A stretch of 64,000 nucleotides of DNA, from contig OX597823.1 in NCBI GenBank assembly GCA_951406725.2, positions 31,000,001-31,064,000 of the forward strand, in the 5' to 3' direction. The notes beneath the pieces are model-generated. The model was not told the origin of the DNA. It was given only the letters and a program-made list of their open reading frames with translations, and searched no databases. Made by a program: the position numbers and the translations under genes. Source of the DNA: Octopus vulgaris (taxonomy: Eukaryota). Every line of letters starts with the position of its first letter. The stretch's first letter is position 1. Of the stretch, positions 27,972 through 41,657 are shown one piece after another.

Positions 27972-28899
27972 TAAATATACGATTTGATGTTTTCGCTTCC
28001 GGTTAAATACATAACTCTAATTCTGACTGTTGAGTCCCCTCTTTCCTCCATCTTGTTTTTGCTTATGGGTAGCACACACACGCATCCACAGATATAGATA
28101 GACACACAAACACGTCTGCAGTCATACTAATATATATATACATTAATGCCTTATGTACTTCGAAGGCGATGTATGACCCTTCGTTTAATCACCAGTATTA
28201 TAAACACACCAGTATTATAAACACAACCGATATCCGTGCCGTTAATATTGATGTCAAATATATTTACCATTCTTGAATATATAGGAAATAATGATACTAC
28301 TAATAATAATATTAATAATGCGTAGGTCGTAGGATCACGGTTTCCATTCCCAGACCAGACGTTATGAGTGTTTATTGAGCGAAACCATGAGGCTCCGGCA
28401 GCGGGTGGTGGCGAATCCTTCTGTACTCTTTCACCACAAATTTCTCTCACTCTTTCTTCCTGTTTCTGTCATACCTGTATTTCAAAGGGGTCAGCCTTGT
28501 CACATCTTGTTTCACGCTGAATCTCCCCGGGAACTACGTTAAGGGTACACATGTCTGTGGAATGCTCGGCCACTTTCACGTTTATTTCACGAGCAGGCTA
28601 CCGATGGAGTGCCACGAATACTAATAGTAGCAATAAAATAGATTTGGAATATAGACGTGTTTCTTTTATTCCTTTATTTGTTTCAGTCATATGACTGCGG
28701 CTATGCTGGAGCACCGTCTTTATTCGAGCAAATTGACCCCAGGACATATTCTTTGTAAACCAAGCACTTATTCTATCGGTTTTTTTTTGCTGAACCGCTA
28801 AGTTGCGGGAACGTAAACACACCAGCATCGGTTGTCAAGCGATGTTGGGGGAACACTTACAGACACACAAACACATACATAAATACATATATACATATA

Positions 28900-28977
<78 letters not shown>

Positions 28978-30085
28978 GGAGGAGAGCAAACCCCCTTCGG
29001 TCATGAATGACCATGGAATTGCACCTAGAAAGTTACCCTCCAAGGCACAAGTCCGGGCAAGGTTGTTTATGGAAGGCTACCAGTCACCCATGCATACTAG
29101 CCTCTCCTCTCCCCACCACTGATGTTATCCAGGGGAAAGGCCGATACAGCTTGGCACCAGTGATGTCGCAACTCATTCCTACAGCTGAGTTAACTGGAGC
29201 AACGTGATATAAAATATCTTGCTCAAGAACACAACACTCAACCCGGCCCGGAATTCGAGCTCACAACCTCACGATCGTCATCTCGATGATCTAACCACTG
29301 AGCATGCGCCTACATATATACGACGAGCTTCTTTCAGTTTCCGTCTACCAAATCCACTCACAAGGTTTTGGTCGGCCCGAGGCTATAGTAGAAGACACTT
29401 GCCCAAGGTGCCAGGCAGCGGGACTGAAACCCAGATCCACGTGGTTGGTAAGCAATGTACTTACCACACAACCACTCCTGTGCCTGTTAATTTATAAATG
29501 CAATTATGTAGATTCTCGCTGTAGCCTTTGCGTTGATGAAATCTTTGTAAAAAAAAAAATTCTGCCATTCCATATTTGCTACTGACTGATCTTTCATCGA
29601 ATTGCAGATATATAGTCACGCAACAATGCTGAGCAGGCAGAGGGTATGTGGTTTATTACCTAATTAAATAAATGTTTTATTGTTGCGTTTTTAGTTAAAA
29701 TAATAATTTTTTTCTCTCACAAATATTTCAATGATTTTTATTCGTTTTCAACTGAATGTTTGCATAAATAAAATGAATAAATAGAATGAGCAAAGAAATG
29801 AATATAAATATAAAGAAATAAATTTTGCACTCTATGAATGATACTTATGTAGACACTCCCTTCAACATGTGCAAACACTCAAATTCAAATGTAAGTGTAT
29901 ACACTCACATGCTACATATATATATATATATATATATATGTCTATGTGTGTATATATATATATATGTCTATGTGTGTATATCTGTGTGCACATATACGTA
30001 TCTACCTATCTATATATATGAATATATATATACATATATATATATATATGTATATATATGCATATATACATACCTATATATATGT

Positions 30086-30132
<47 letters not shown>

Positions 30133-31059
30133 CTTACATATACATAACTATATATATATTCACACAAACATACAGACACATATGTCTGTGTGTATATATG
30201 TGCGTGTGTGTATATATATATATATATATATAAATGTATATGTATATAAAAGTATATGTATTTGTCCTCGATATATACATCCTTTATATTTATTAATTTT
30301 ATTATTAAAATCTATCATTGAATTGATTAAATATCTATTTCCTGTATGCTATTACACATATTTTGAAATCTTTATTTTTCTTGTGACTGTGTTTGTCTAT
30401 TTAAATATTGGCATATGATGACGAAGCCAACTCATATATGCGTGTTTTCGCCTAATAAGTAACGATGTTTGCTGATTCCTTTTTAATCTCTAATTCTTGA
30501 CATCATATCTCGTAGAGGAACCATTTTAACAGCTTACAAATGAACTTTCTAACGTTCTCGACAGCGTGTGTATCTCGGAGATGAAGGAGTTTCACCAGCT
30601 GGAGTCGCTTCTTGTTCGCAGTAAGATGCCACAACTACGTTACTACGGGCTTGTGTAGTGGTTCCCAACCTTCTCACTACCAATGACCCCTTTTATTTGA
30701 ATGAGCTTTCCCACGGTCCTCTTTTAATGTTTTCTACTCTAGGCTCAAGGCCCAAAATTTTGGGGGAGGGGACCAGTCGATTACATCGACCCCAGAACGC
30801 AACTGTTACTTAATTTATCGACCCAGAAAGGATGAAAAGTTAACTTCGGCAGAATTTGAACTCAGAACATAAAGACAGATGAAATACCGCTAAGCATTTC
30901 GCCCGGCGTGCTAACGTTTCTGCCAGCTTGCCGCCTTTTAATAGATATGCTTATCCTTATGTATGTATGTATGTATGTATGTATGTATGTATGTATGTAT
31001 GTATGTATGTATGCATGCATGTATGTATGTATATATGTATGTACATATATATATATATA

Positions 31060-31800
31060 TATAAACAGAATGAGATAAAAATCCAAGGCTATAAAGATTT
31101 CAGAACATTTATAAATAGAAGGTCTTACAGCTGTTTCCGGGATATTTTATATACCTCTTCATCGGAGACGGTGCGAGAAAATGGTTAAGCAATAGTTATT
31201 GAGAAGATATGAAATAGAAAGTGAAGTGGAGAAATGAAAACAGACGTAAGATATGCAGGGATATTGTATCTTCAGTTTCCTTATTTAGGCAGAATGGTAT
31301 ACATATAAGTTTCCTGTACCTTGAGATTAAGTTCCAATAGTAATTAAAATTGGTCATTCCGATCCAAGCATAGAGTTTGTAAGCGGTGTTATTGAATCCA
31401 GTGTTCTTTTTGTGACTTAAAAGTTGGGAAAGTGTTTGTAAGGTCACATCAAAAACAGGAAGAGGGGAAAAAGAAAGGAAAAAAGACAGAAAGGCGGGGA
31501 GAGAGATAATAGAGAAAGGAAGAGAGGGAAAGGGTACTGGTTAGTGGTCAGTCAGGATAAATTGATAGAAGGAACGGTGAGGTGAGGGTGATAGAGAGAG
31601 AAAGATATGAGAGTGTAAAAAGACGAGGGGGTAAATAGTAAAGGAGTGTTAAGTATGTAATGATAGAGCCTAAGTGAGGGGCAGAGAGAGGGGCGTATGG
31701 GGTCGTAAAATGGTGGAATGAAGACTTTGGGATTATAGGTTAGGTTACTTAGAGAGCAGGTCAGTGCCTTAGTAGTAGAAGAATATATATATGTGAAGAT
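31060..31800 (-). mobile_element. Penelope-type 3' end/pLTR with HHR (sister copy ~60980-61295)
   Basis: About 300 bp is shared with 60980-61295; HHR at 31122-31169 reads GTCT-CCGATGA...GAAACAGCTGTA-AGAC. Confidence 0.75.
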
Positions 31801-31819
31801 ATAATTATGCATATATTAA

Positions 31820-31901
<82 letters not shown>

Positions 31902-32877
31902 TAATAAATAAAATATATGCATACATACAAACATATATGTACGTACCTACATCTACATGTATATATACATGCATATATAAATATATATGCGTGAGTACAG
32001 GACACAACAACTAGACGTAGAACAACAACGAGAAACGAAAACGGAAAAGCCATTTTTTTACAACAGAAAAACAAAGTACAGGACATACTACACAAGGAAA
32101 AATCCCCAATCATCAGCTGTCGCTAGTTAGACTCAAGCGTGTTTCGAAGGCAAATATATATATATATATATATATGAAATTTTGAATTTAGTTCATGGAT
32201 CCCTTGTATTACGTTTGAAAACCACCAGGGGTCCGTGGACCACTGGTCTGGTGATTAAAATGTTGTAGGAAAATAATCGCAAGACAGATTCTTTTTCCAG
32301 CTGATCCAACCGGCAGGAGACCTAGTGGTAGACTAAGAGCGAGCTGATTGGATAATATCCATCGTCTCAAGAAGGCGAGCTGGCAGAATCGTTAGCACGT
32401 CGGGCGAAATGCTCAGCGGTATTCGTCCGTCTTTACGTTCTGAGTTCAAATTCCGCCGAAGTCGACCTTGCATTTCATCCTTTCGGGGTTGATAAATTAA
32501 GTACCAGTTACGCACTGGGGTCGGTGTAATCGACTCAATCCATTTGTCTGTCCTTGTTTGTCCTCCCTGTGTTTAGCCCCTTGTAGGTAGTAAAGAAATA
32601 GGTATTTCGTCTGCCGTTACGTTCTGAGTTCAAATTCCGCCGAGGTCGACTTTGCCTTTCTTCCTTTCGGGGTTGATAAATAAGTACCAGTTGCGTACTG
32701 GGGTCGATATAATCGACTGTCCCCTCCCCCAAAATTTTGGGCTTTGTGCCTAGAGTAGAAAAGGATAAATGGATAGCAAAATCGGATTCAACGTGGAAAA
32801 TTACATCTATATGTAATAATAAATTCGAAAATTTTCACTTTAATTTAAAATTTCAAAATGTGTAACACCAACAGAAA

Positions 32878-32929
<52 letters not shown>

Positions 32930-33292
32930 GCTGATCTATTTGGTTTTGTGTTTTTCTCATTGTAAACTTTCCCCTCTCTCGGCGAGCTGGCAGAAACCTT
33001 AGCACGCCGGGCGAAATGCGTAGCCGTATTTCGTCTGTCGTTACGTTCCGAGTTCAAATTCCGCCGAGGTCGACTTTGCCTTTCATCCTCTCGGGGTCGA
33101 TAAATTAAGTACCAGTTACGCACTGGGGTCGATATAATCGACTTAATCCCTTTGTCTGTCCTTGTTTGTCCCCTCTGTCTTTAGCCCCTTGTGGGTAGTA
33201 AAGAAATATATATATATTTACCACACACACACACACACTCTCACTCACTCTCTCTCTTTCACTCTCTGTAGATATTCAGCTAGCGCGCGCGC

Positions 33293-33324
<32 letters not shown>

Positions 33325-33782
33325 ATGTTATATTAAATCTCTGAGCGAGATATAAATAATAGCAGTACGGAACCGTAACATATATTTGCCAACCAAGTGT
33401 GGCATCCTATACAGGGCAGTGCTACTGATCTTTATAGCCCCCAGGAAGAGACTTCTTCCAGCTGGCTAACGACACACATTCTGTGTCCAGTTAGTATCTC
33501 TGGCCTTACATGATACACATGAACTCGAGTTTCTGAGTGGTTACCCGTCCTCAGCATATTGTGAGACATACAGACACTCACACATTTATTTGTATACCTA
33601 TATCTATGTAAATATATATGTGTTTATGTGTGTGAGTGTAGTAAACATAGAATTGAGTGGAACCTTTTAAAATCTCAGTCGTTGCTGCGAAATCAAGAAT
33701 CCAGTGAAGGAAAAAGCTCGCGCAAAAACAAAACGCGGGAAAAGAACTCTAAAAAAAGTGGAAAAGGAAGGAGAGGAGAGAA

Positions 33783-33839
<57 letters not shown>

Positions 33840-34060
33840 AAGAGAATGTAAAAAAAGAAGACAAAAAGACTGGGTCAGAAGGAGAATGATTTAAGTAAAG
33901 TTAAATGCCAACGTACCAGTTCTCTAAGTGACGCTAGTGTAGTTAAGATGTCAACAAGTCACACACACACACACACGCATCTATCTAACTATACATACAC
34001 ATGCAAATATAAATATATGTGTGTGTGTGTGTGTGTTTGTATATATATGTACATATATGC

Positions 34061-34114
<54 letters not shown>

Positions 34115-34128
34115 GTATATGTGTATGT

Positions 34129-34175
<47 letters not shown>

Positions 34176-34234
34176 GATGTGTGTCTATATATATGTATGT
34201 ATACACCTGGAATTACATTCATATAGCTGTCTAA

Positions 34235-34735
34235 ATAAATAAATAAGTGAAGACGTTGTGTCGATAGATGCAGAGAAAACGGAAACTATAGAGGTGAATG
34301 GGATTAGGGACGGAGGAATCCATTATATATAGAAGATAGGAGGAGGAGGAGGAATGGTTGAGGAGGAACGGAGGGGGGGCCCAAGTCAAAACGGAGAAAG
34401 AATTTTGAAAGGGAGAGAAGGTGGGTGAGGACATGAGGTTTAAGGGAGAAAGAATTAGGAGAAAGTGTGGGAGACAAAAGTGTTAACTGTTTGGCGACAG
34501 ATGACAGAATCGGTAGATGTTCTGGGGTAATTTGATTCCTACTGTTATATTTTGTGTTCAAATCCAGGTTGTGTAGACGTTACTATTATATACGGCTCCA
34601 CTCAAACCTACATTTATTTTGGGATCCGCATTCATATAGGCGTCTGTCACATGCATCCGGATCTCTTCACGCCGGACAACATATGAATCCTTGAAAGGTT
34701 TCCTTCTAACGAAAATCTTGAATTTCATCACGTCC
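34235..34735 (-). pseudogene. decayed Penelope-like 3' end
   Basis: Minus-strand ...STQPGF.N resembles the PLE endonuclease C-terminal 'P.GLN' motif, followed by a pyrimidine-rich 3' region. Confidence 0.4.
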
Positions 34736-35018
34736 AGTCATAATACCACACAAACACACACACACATGTGCGAGTACTTACACATAGACAAGCATGTACA
34801 CTCACTCAGTGACAGACACACCCTCACACACATGTTCACATACACATGCACACATATATGTATATATATATATACATATATACATTTGTAATGGATCTTG
34901 CAAGCATGAAGTGGATTCGATCCATCATAGCCAAATTTAAATTAACACTGCAACAGAACTTTTCCCACGGTGGATTTTCTCTGATGAATCCACTACACAT
35001 ATATACAAATATATTTAT

Positions 35019-35052
<34 letters not shown>

Positions 35053-35059
35053 AGATATA

Positions 35060-35165
<106 letters not shown>

Positions 35166-35257
35166 AAGTTAATCCAAACATGAAAACACAACAACGCGAG
35201 GACGTGGAACAAGTATTGTGTTATTGGACGCTCAGGAAAGGAAAGAAAGAAGGACCA

Positions 35258-35290
35258 TTTAACGTTTCGAGCGGAGCACTTCGTCAGAAA
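35258..35290 (-). ncRNA. minimal hammerhead ribozyme in a pLTR-like element (~35165-35610)
   Basis: TTT-CTGACGA-A-GTGC-TCC-GCTC-GAA-ACGT-T-AAA; one stem II mismatch. Confidence 0.75.
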
Positions 35291-35613
35291 CATAGTAAAA
35301 GGAAAGATCCAAGGAAGGGAAGACGGAGGAAAAAAAATTGCCAACGATACACACGCGGTCACATATTGAATGACCGGAAGGGAATGGGTTAAGAAAAAGT
35401 TCTTTCAAAGACAGGAGAGTGCAAGAGAAGGAGGTATGTGTGAGTATGTGTGGGTATGTGCGTGCGCGTAGGTCTGTGTGTGTAATGATAACACGTGTGC
35501 CTGTGTGTGTGTGGTTGTGGCTGTTAATCTATGTGTGTGGTTGGGCTTAGTATCGTTTAAGGCCATAGAAAGGATTTATAGTAGGAGTGGCTCCTGTTGT
35601 GTGTCGCCCTCTA

Positions 35614-35663
<50 letters not shown>

Positions 35664-35688
35664 CATATATATGTATATTCATATATAT

Positions 35689-35767
<79 letters not shown>

Positions 35768-35935
35768 TATATGTATATTCATATATATACAAATATATCT
35801 ATGGATATATATATATATATATATTTATATAAGTTCAGCAAAAATTTTGATTCAAATGAATATGGTACTTAATTTAGATGCACCAGAATTCTGTATGGTG
35901 TGATCCATAAAAATCCGTGGGGTGATTATTTTCAT

Positions 35936-35974
<39 letters not shown>

Positions 35975-36013
35975 ATATATATGTATATATATATATATAT
36001 GTATATATATATG

Positions 36014-36047
<34 letters not shown>

Positions 36048-36514
36048 TGCACACACACACACACACATGCATATATATATATATATAGTTGCACACACAC
36101 ATGCATATATATATATATATATATAAACACATACGTACGGACATATATAATATATTCAGTAGATCCTGTTTTATTAATCCGTCTTGGGATCGCCTATTTG
36201 GGATTTATTAACCGAGGGGACAAAATTCGCCGATTGATTAAACATGTGTATTTATTAAAATACGTGCCCCAGCATGACCACAGTCTAATCACTGAAACAA
36301 GTAAAAAATAGAAATAAATAGAAAATAGAAATATGTGAATACACGAATAAAATCATTATAAAAATGTTATTGAATGAAAAATTTGCCGAGTGTTGCTTGT
36401 TTTGCTTGGACGCTTTGTTCTCAACTTTGCATTGACTTTTTTTTTTCCTTAAAAGTTCTAAAAAGATTCGTGTAACTGAAATTAAAACTTTCAAAGCCAC
36501 TTTTTAATCGTATC

Positions 36515-36965
36515 TCATTTCAGCTGGTGTTGGAGGCTCCGGAACTCTTTCATCAACATAAACATCGGAATCGCCCTCTTCATCTCCTTCGGTTTCCTTC
36601 TCAGATTGCTGAATTCAAGAATGATTTCGTCTATATGATTTCTTTTCTTCCCTAATAATTTCTGGAGCAACAACAGCACCATCATAAACGGACAACCAAT
36701 CCACGAATTGCTTTTTGAGCGTTTTGACAATTTTGAAGCATCTTGGCAAACCAGCCTTTCCGATTAAGAGCAAATCTTCTTTGTCTCCATTCATGTTGTA
36801 GACCACCATCAAGGTCACACGGTCCTTTGCCGTCTTAAAGCCCCTCACAGTTTTCTTGCAACTTTTGTTGGTATATGTATTCGTTGGCAGCTGAAAGATT
36901 ACTGAATCTTTTGATACGTCATACGTCAAAATCGGCAACTCAGATTTCGAATCTATAAGGAACAT
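36515..36965 (-). pseudogene. pogo/Tigger (DDE_1) transposase fragment
   Basis: KTVRGFKTAKDRVTLMVVYNMNGDKEDLLLIGKAGLPRCFK. Confidence 0.8.
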
Positions 36966-36990
36966 ATGTCACACGCACATGCGCGCGCAC

Positions 36991-37053
<63 letters not shown>

Positions 37054-37518
37054 CTATTTTATTTCATAAGATATATATATATATATATATATATTCTGCC
37101 TTGTAAACATAAGCAAACAGCCAAATACACAAGTAAGAAGCTATTCCGTACCAACAAAACATTAAACACGATATTATAATATAAAACATTGTGGTCAAAT
37201 TAATTAATTGTATATGTATCGTGACTTTAGTTCTCATTAGAGGCATCATAAAAACTATCATCAGCGTAATTATCATCATCCTTCTCCTTCTCTTCTTCAC
37301 CACCACCATCACCACCACCATCACCACCACCACTACCACCACCGTGCGGCCACCACCACCACTACAAGCGTCTTCGTCATCATCGTAGCATATTATTTGA
37401 TGTTTTACTGAGCTAATGTGAATTGAAGCAATAAAAGTTCAAAACTGTATGTCCAGATGTATGTATACAACGTATATGTATATATATATACAATATGCAA
37501 TAAAAGGTGGAATGTAAT

Positions 37519-38465
37519 TAATTTAATAAAATTAATCAATTTCACCTAGTAGATTTATCGGTATGGAAAAGACCATATTTGGTAAGGGTTATAATAATTA
37601 TAAATAAGGGTTAAATGCAACAAGTTGCTCAAAACCGCATACCGAAAATATTAGAAATAGCAGCCAAAATTGGTCACCATTTCCTCTACTATTAAAAAGT
37701 ATCCACAAACAAACAGAATTTGTAAGCTGTATATGGCAAAAAAGGCAGAAAATAACGAAATCCCAGCCTATGGATTAATTATAGACGACTCGTTTCTGGA
37801 TTAGAACCGAAGGTTCATTTCCTTGTCAATATAATATTTCCTATAGATCTAGAAATGCTAGGGAAAAGAACTCACCCGTTACACCAATACGATCAGCGAC
37901 ATCGGACGGTCTAACAGAACTGTTAGCATTCCTACACCTATACCGACATGTGAATTACAAGTTATCTACGAATTTTTCGTTTCGTTGGTAACGTTTTTGT
38001 AGCTCACGTGGTAAATTTTGGAGGGAAATATGAATTCACATGTCGGTATAGGTGTAGGAATGCTAACAGTTCTGTTAGACCGTCCGATGTCGTTGATCGT
38101 ATTGGTGTAACGGGTGAGTTTTTTTCCCCTAGCATTTCTAGATCTATAGGAAATATTATATTGACAAGGAAATGAACCTTCGGTTCTAATCCAGAAACGA
38201 GTCGTCTATAATTAATCCATAGGCTGGGATTTCGTTATTTTCTGCCTTTTTTGCCATATATAGCTTACAAATTCTGTTTGTTTGTGGAGACTTTTTAATA
38301 GTAGAGGAAATGGTGACCAATTTTGGCTGCTATTTCTAATATTTTCGGTATGCGGTTTTGAGCAACTTGTTGCATTTAACCCTTATTTATAATTATTATA
38401 ACCCTTACCAAATATGGTCTTTTCCATACCGATAAATCTACTAGGTGAAATTGATTAATTTTATT

Positions 38466-38471
<6 letters not shown>
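37519..38471. mobile_element. long HHR-bearing fold-back element (arms 37519-37956 and 38033-38471)
   Basis: ~438 bp arms with about 5 differences by eye and a 76 bp spacer; abuts (TA)n. Confidence 0.95.
38155..38212 (+). ncRNA. hammerhead ribozyme with U3:A8 core (mirror copy at 37778-37835 minus)
   Basis: ATTATA-TTGACAA-GGA..GAACCTTCGGTTC..TCC-A-GAA-ACGAGTCGT-C-TATAAT; GUC cleavage triplet. Confidence 0.75.
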
Positions 38472-38510
<39 letters not shown>

Positions 38511-39176
38511 AAAAGAATTCCAACCTTGTCTGATTTTCACGTTTTATTTACAATCTTATAATGATATATTATAAGATAATATATTATAATTGAATAAAAT
38601 AAAATGAAATAGTAGAATGTTAAATATTCATTCTGATTGAACTAGTACTTTCATGCATTGAATTCTGCAATCTTCGGGTTCATGTAGTAGTGTTGACAGT
38701 CATGCTTCACAATTTTTGACTGTAGCAAGATGAGTGATTCTTTGCTATAAATACAGCTGGGTAGGCTCCAGAGTGCTAGGTTTTGCAAACTGTATTCTGA
38801 CCAATCAGTGTGTAGTATCACTCAATTACTTAAGCTGATTGGTTGGTTGAGCTGATTGGTTTAGGCATCACGCTTTGTTGGACAGGTCAAGAGTCCTGTA
38901 TCTTGACCCTGGCCGAAGCAGCAATTGTTGGGTTATTTTTAGAAATGTTGTAAATATCCTTTGTCAGAGATTTTTATATTTTTATATTTCAATTGTCATC
39001 ATCATCATTGTCAGCACCTTAATTATTGTTGCTAGTGGTGATGGTGGTGGCAATAGAACTTTTAACCCTAAATAAGATAATTTTCCTGCTATCTTCGTCT
39101 TGATCACCTTTAGTATTGTTGTTGTTGTTAGTGGTCATGGTCGTAGCAGTGGAAGTAATACCTCTAAGTATTATTA

Positions 39177-40721
39177 TTATTGCTTATTTAGCTTGGGTTC
39201 GAATTTATCAATAAAATTCTTTTCTCTGATTTTCCTCTCGATTTCACTTGGGCTGTGTAATTTGTAGAATGGAAATATTATATATATTTTCCGACCACAT
39301 GTTGCTAGGTGGTTACTCAAAGGTATCTGACGGACCTCTGGGTCTCTAATCTGTTGCCGGTGTACACGTGAGCGTTCTAATAGTGCGTTTCCCGTCTGAC
39401 CTACATATATTTCTTCACAATTTGGGCATTTGATGCAGTAAATTAAATTTCTGCTTTTGCAGTTCATATTCGCGTTTGTGAATATTTTCCCGGTTTTTGT
39501 GTTTATATATTGACCGGTATGTATGAATTGGCATGTGCCACATCGGCTATCATTGCATTTAGATACCGTGAATGTTTGGTCTTTGTTGCTGAGGTCAAAT
39601 TTTGCCTTTGTTAGTAATGTTTTCAAGTTTTTAGGCTGTCTTTTACTAAGCACCATAGCTCGATCCTTGATTATGTCTTTTAATTCATTACTTTGGGCAA
39701 TGATTGGTAGGTTTGCTTTGGCAATGTTGAAGATATTCTGGTGACATGGGTTGTGTGTCACTATGAATGGTATGACTTGTTCTTGTTTTCCTCTTCCTTG
39801 GGTTGTCCTAAGTTGTTGTATAGGTATTTTTATAGCCCGCTGTATGCCATTTTCTATAAGTAGAGATGGGTATTTTTGTTTGAGCAAAAATTCTCTTAGT
39901 TCTATTAGGCGTTTGTTCCTGATATTTGCATCTTCTACAATAGTACAAATTCTTCTGGCTAGGCAGTATGGGATGTTACGTTTTGTATGTGGTGGATGGC
40001 ACGACTTAAAATTTAGGTATTGATGTGTGTCTGTGTGTTTATAGTATATATCTGTGGTGATGGTGGTGTCTTTTTTAATTACCATTATATCCAGGAATGG
40101 TAATTTGGTACTACTCATCTCCTTTGTAAATTTGAGAGATGGGTGTAGGTTGTTCAGGAGGATATTGAACTCTTCCAGAGTATTTAGAGATTCTGTCCAG
40201 ATTATGAAACAGTCGTCTAGGTATCTCTTCCATGCCTTTTCAATATACTTTCTAAATCCAGTGCCATAGTTTACCTCCACCTCTTGGTAGAGTTGTTCTT
40301 CTAAGTATCCCATTACAGAGTTGGCGTAAACGGGAGCAAACCTCGTTCCCATCGCCGTGCCTCTAATTTGGATGTAATTCTTTCCATTGAAGAAGAATGT
40401 GTTATTTTCTAGAATAAGTTTGACTGTGTCTAATATAAATGGCACTGTGAATCTGCTGGGAATCACTTCTCTATGTTTTTCTAACCAGTATTTAATCGCC
40501 TTTATTCCTAAATCGTGTGGAATATTGGTGTAGAGGCTTACCACATCAAAACTTAGCAAAACTGAATTTGTTTCTGTTGTTTTGGGAAGATGGGACAGGA
40601 AGTCGATGTCATCCCTGATGAAACTTTGTATGTAAGTACATAGTGGTTTCAAAACAATGTCAATAAAATTGCTTAGACGGTGTGTAGGGCATGATAGCCG
40701 ATGTGGCACATGCCAATTCAT
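39177..40721 (-). CDS. 5'-truncated Penelope-like reverse transcriptase plus GIY-YIG endonuclease (Neptune-like Cys linker)
   Basis: FDVVSLYTNI, QIRGTAMGTRFAP, RYLDDCF, LPFLDI, CNDSRCGTC, NLIYCIKCPNCEEIYVGQT; no internal stops. The first ~10 aa come from the inverted arm. Confidence 0.93.
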   Translation of the reverse strand: MNWHVPHRLSCPTHRLSNFIDIVLKPLCTYIQSFIRDDIDFLSHLPKTTETNSVLLSFDVVSLYTNIPHDLGIKAIKYWLEKHREVIPSRFTVPFILDTVKLILENNTFFFNGKNYIQIRGTAMGTRFAPVYANSVMGYLEEQLYQEVEVNYGTGFRKYIEKAWKRYLDDCFIIWTESLNTLEEFNILLNNLHPSLKFTKEMSSTKLPFLDIMVIKKDTTITTDIYYKHTDTHQYLNFKSCHPPHTKRNIPYCLARRICTIVEDANIRNKRLIELREFLLKQKYPSLLIENGIQRAIKIPIQQLRTTQGRGKQEQVIPFIVTHNPCHQNIFNIAKANLPIIAQSNELKDIIKDRAMVLSKRQPKNLKTLLTKAKFDLSNKDQTFTVSKCNDSRCGTCQFIHTGQYINTKTGKIFTNANMNCKSRNLIYCIKCPNCEEIYVGQTGNALLERSRVHRQQIRDPEVRQIPLSNHLATCGRKIYIIFPFYKLHSPSEIERKIREKNFIDKFEPKLNKQ

Positions 40722-41067
40722 ACATACCGGTCAATATATAAACACAAAAACCGGGAAAATATTCACAAACGCGAATATGAACTGCAAAAGCAGAAATTTA
40801 ATTTACTGCATCAAATGCCCAAATTGTGAAGAAATATATGTAGGTCAGACGGGAAACGCACTATTAGAACGCTCACGTGTACACCGGCAACAGATTAGAG
40901 ACCCAGAGGTCCGTCAGATACCTTTGAGTAACCACCTAGCAACATGTGGTCGGAAAATATATATAATATTTCCATTCTACAAATTACACAGCCCAAGTGA
41001 AATCGAGAGGAAAATCAGAGAAAAGAATTTTATTGATAAATTCGAACCCAAGCTAAATAAGCAATAA
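40691..41067 (+). pseudogene. inverted duplicate of the GIY-YIG endonuclease domain
   Basis: Identical protein sequence DSRCGTC...FEPKLNKQ* on the opposite strand. Confidence 0.93.
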
Positions 41068-41561
41068 TAATAATACTTAGAGGTATTACTTCCACTGCTA
41101 CGACCATGACCACTAACAACAACAACAATACTAAAGGTGATCAAGACGAAGATAGCAGGAAAATTATCTTATTTAGGGTTAAAAGTTCTATTGCCACCAC
41201 CATCACCACTAGCAACAATAATTAAGGTGCTGACAATGATGATGATGACAATTGAAATATAAAAATATAAAAATCTCTGACAAAGGATATTTACAACATT
41301 TCTAAAAATAACCCAACAATTGCTGCTTCGGCCAGGGTCAAGATACAGGACTCTTGACCTGTCCAACAAAGCGTGATGCCTAAACCAATCAGCTCAACCA
41401 ACCAATCAGCTTAAGTAATTGAGTGATACTACACACTGATTGGTCAGAATACAGTTTGCAAAACCTAGCACTCTGGAGCCTACCCAGCTGTATTTATAGC
41501 AAAGAATCACTCATCTTGCTACAGTCAAAAATTGTGAAGCATGACTGTCAACACTACTACA

Positions 41562-41606
41562 TGAACCCGAAGATTGCAGAATTCAATGCATGAAAGTACT
41601 AGTTCA
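41562..41606 (+). ncRNA. pLTR hammerhead, U4C core variant (mirror copy at 38638-38682 minus)
   Basis: TGAAC-CCGAAGA-T-TGCA-GAATTCAA-TGCA-T-GAA-AGTACT-A-GTTCA. Confidence 0.75.
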
Positions 41607-41657
41607 ATCAGAATGAATATTTAACATTCTACTATTTCATTTTATTTTATTCAATTA

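Noticed and set aside
37519-38471. Three of four arm substitutions give G:U pairs, suggesting ADAR editing before reverse transcription
   Set aside because: Too few sites; ordinary transitions explain them equally well.
38875-41369. Duplicate 66-aa ORFs (38875+ and 41169-) and ORFs antisense to the RT
   Set aside because: By-products of the inverted repeat and of the RT coding strand.
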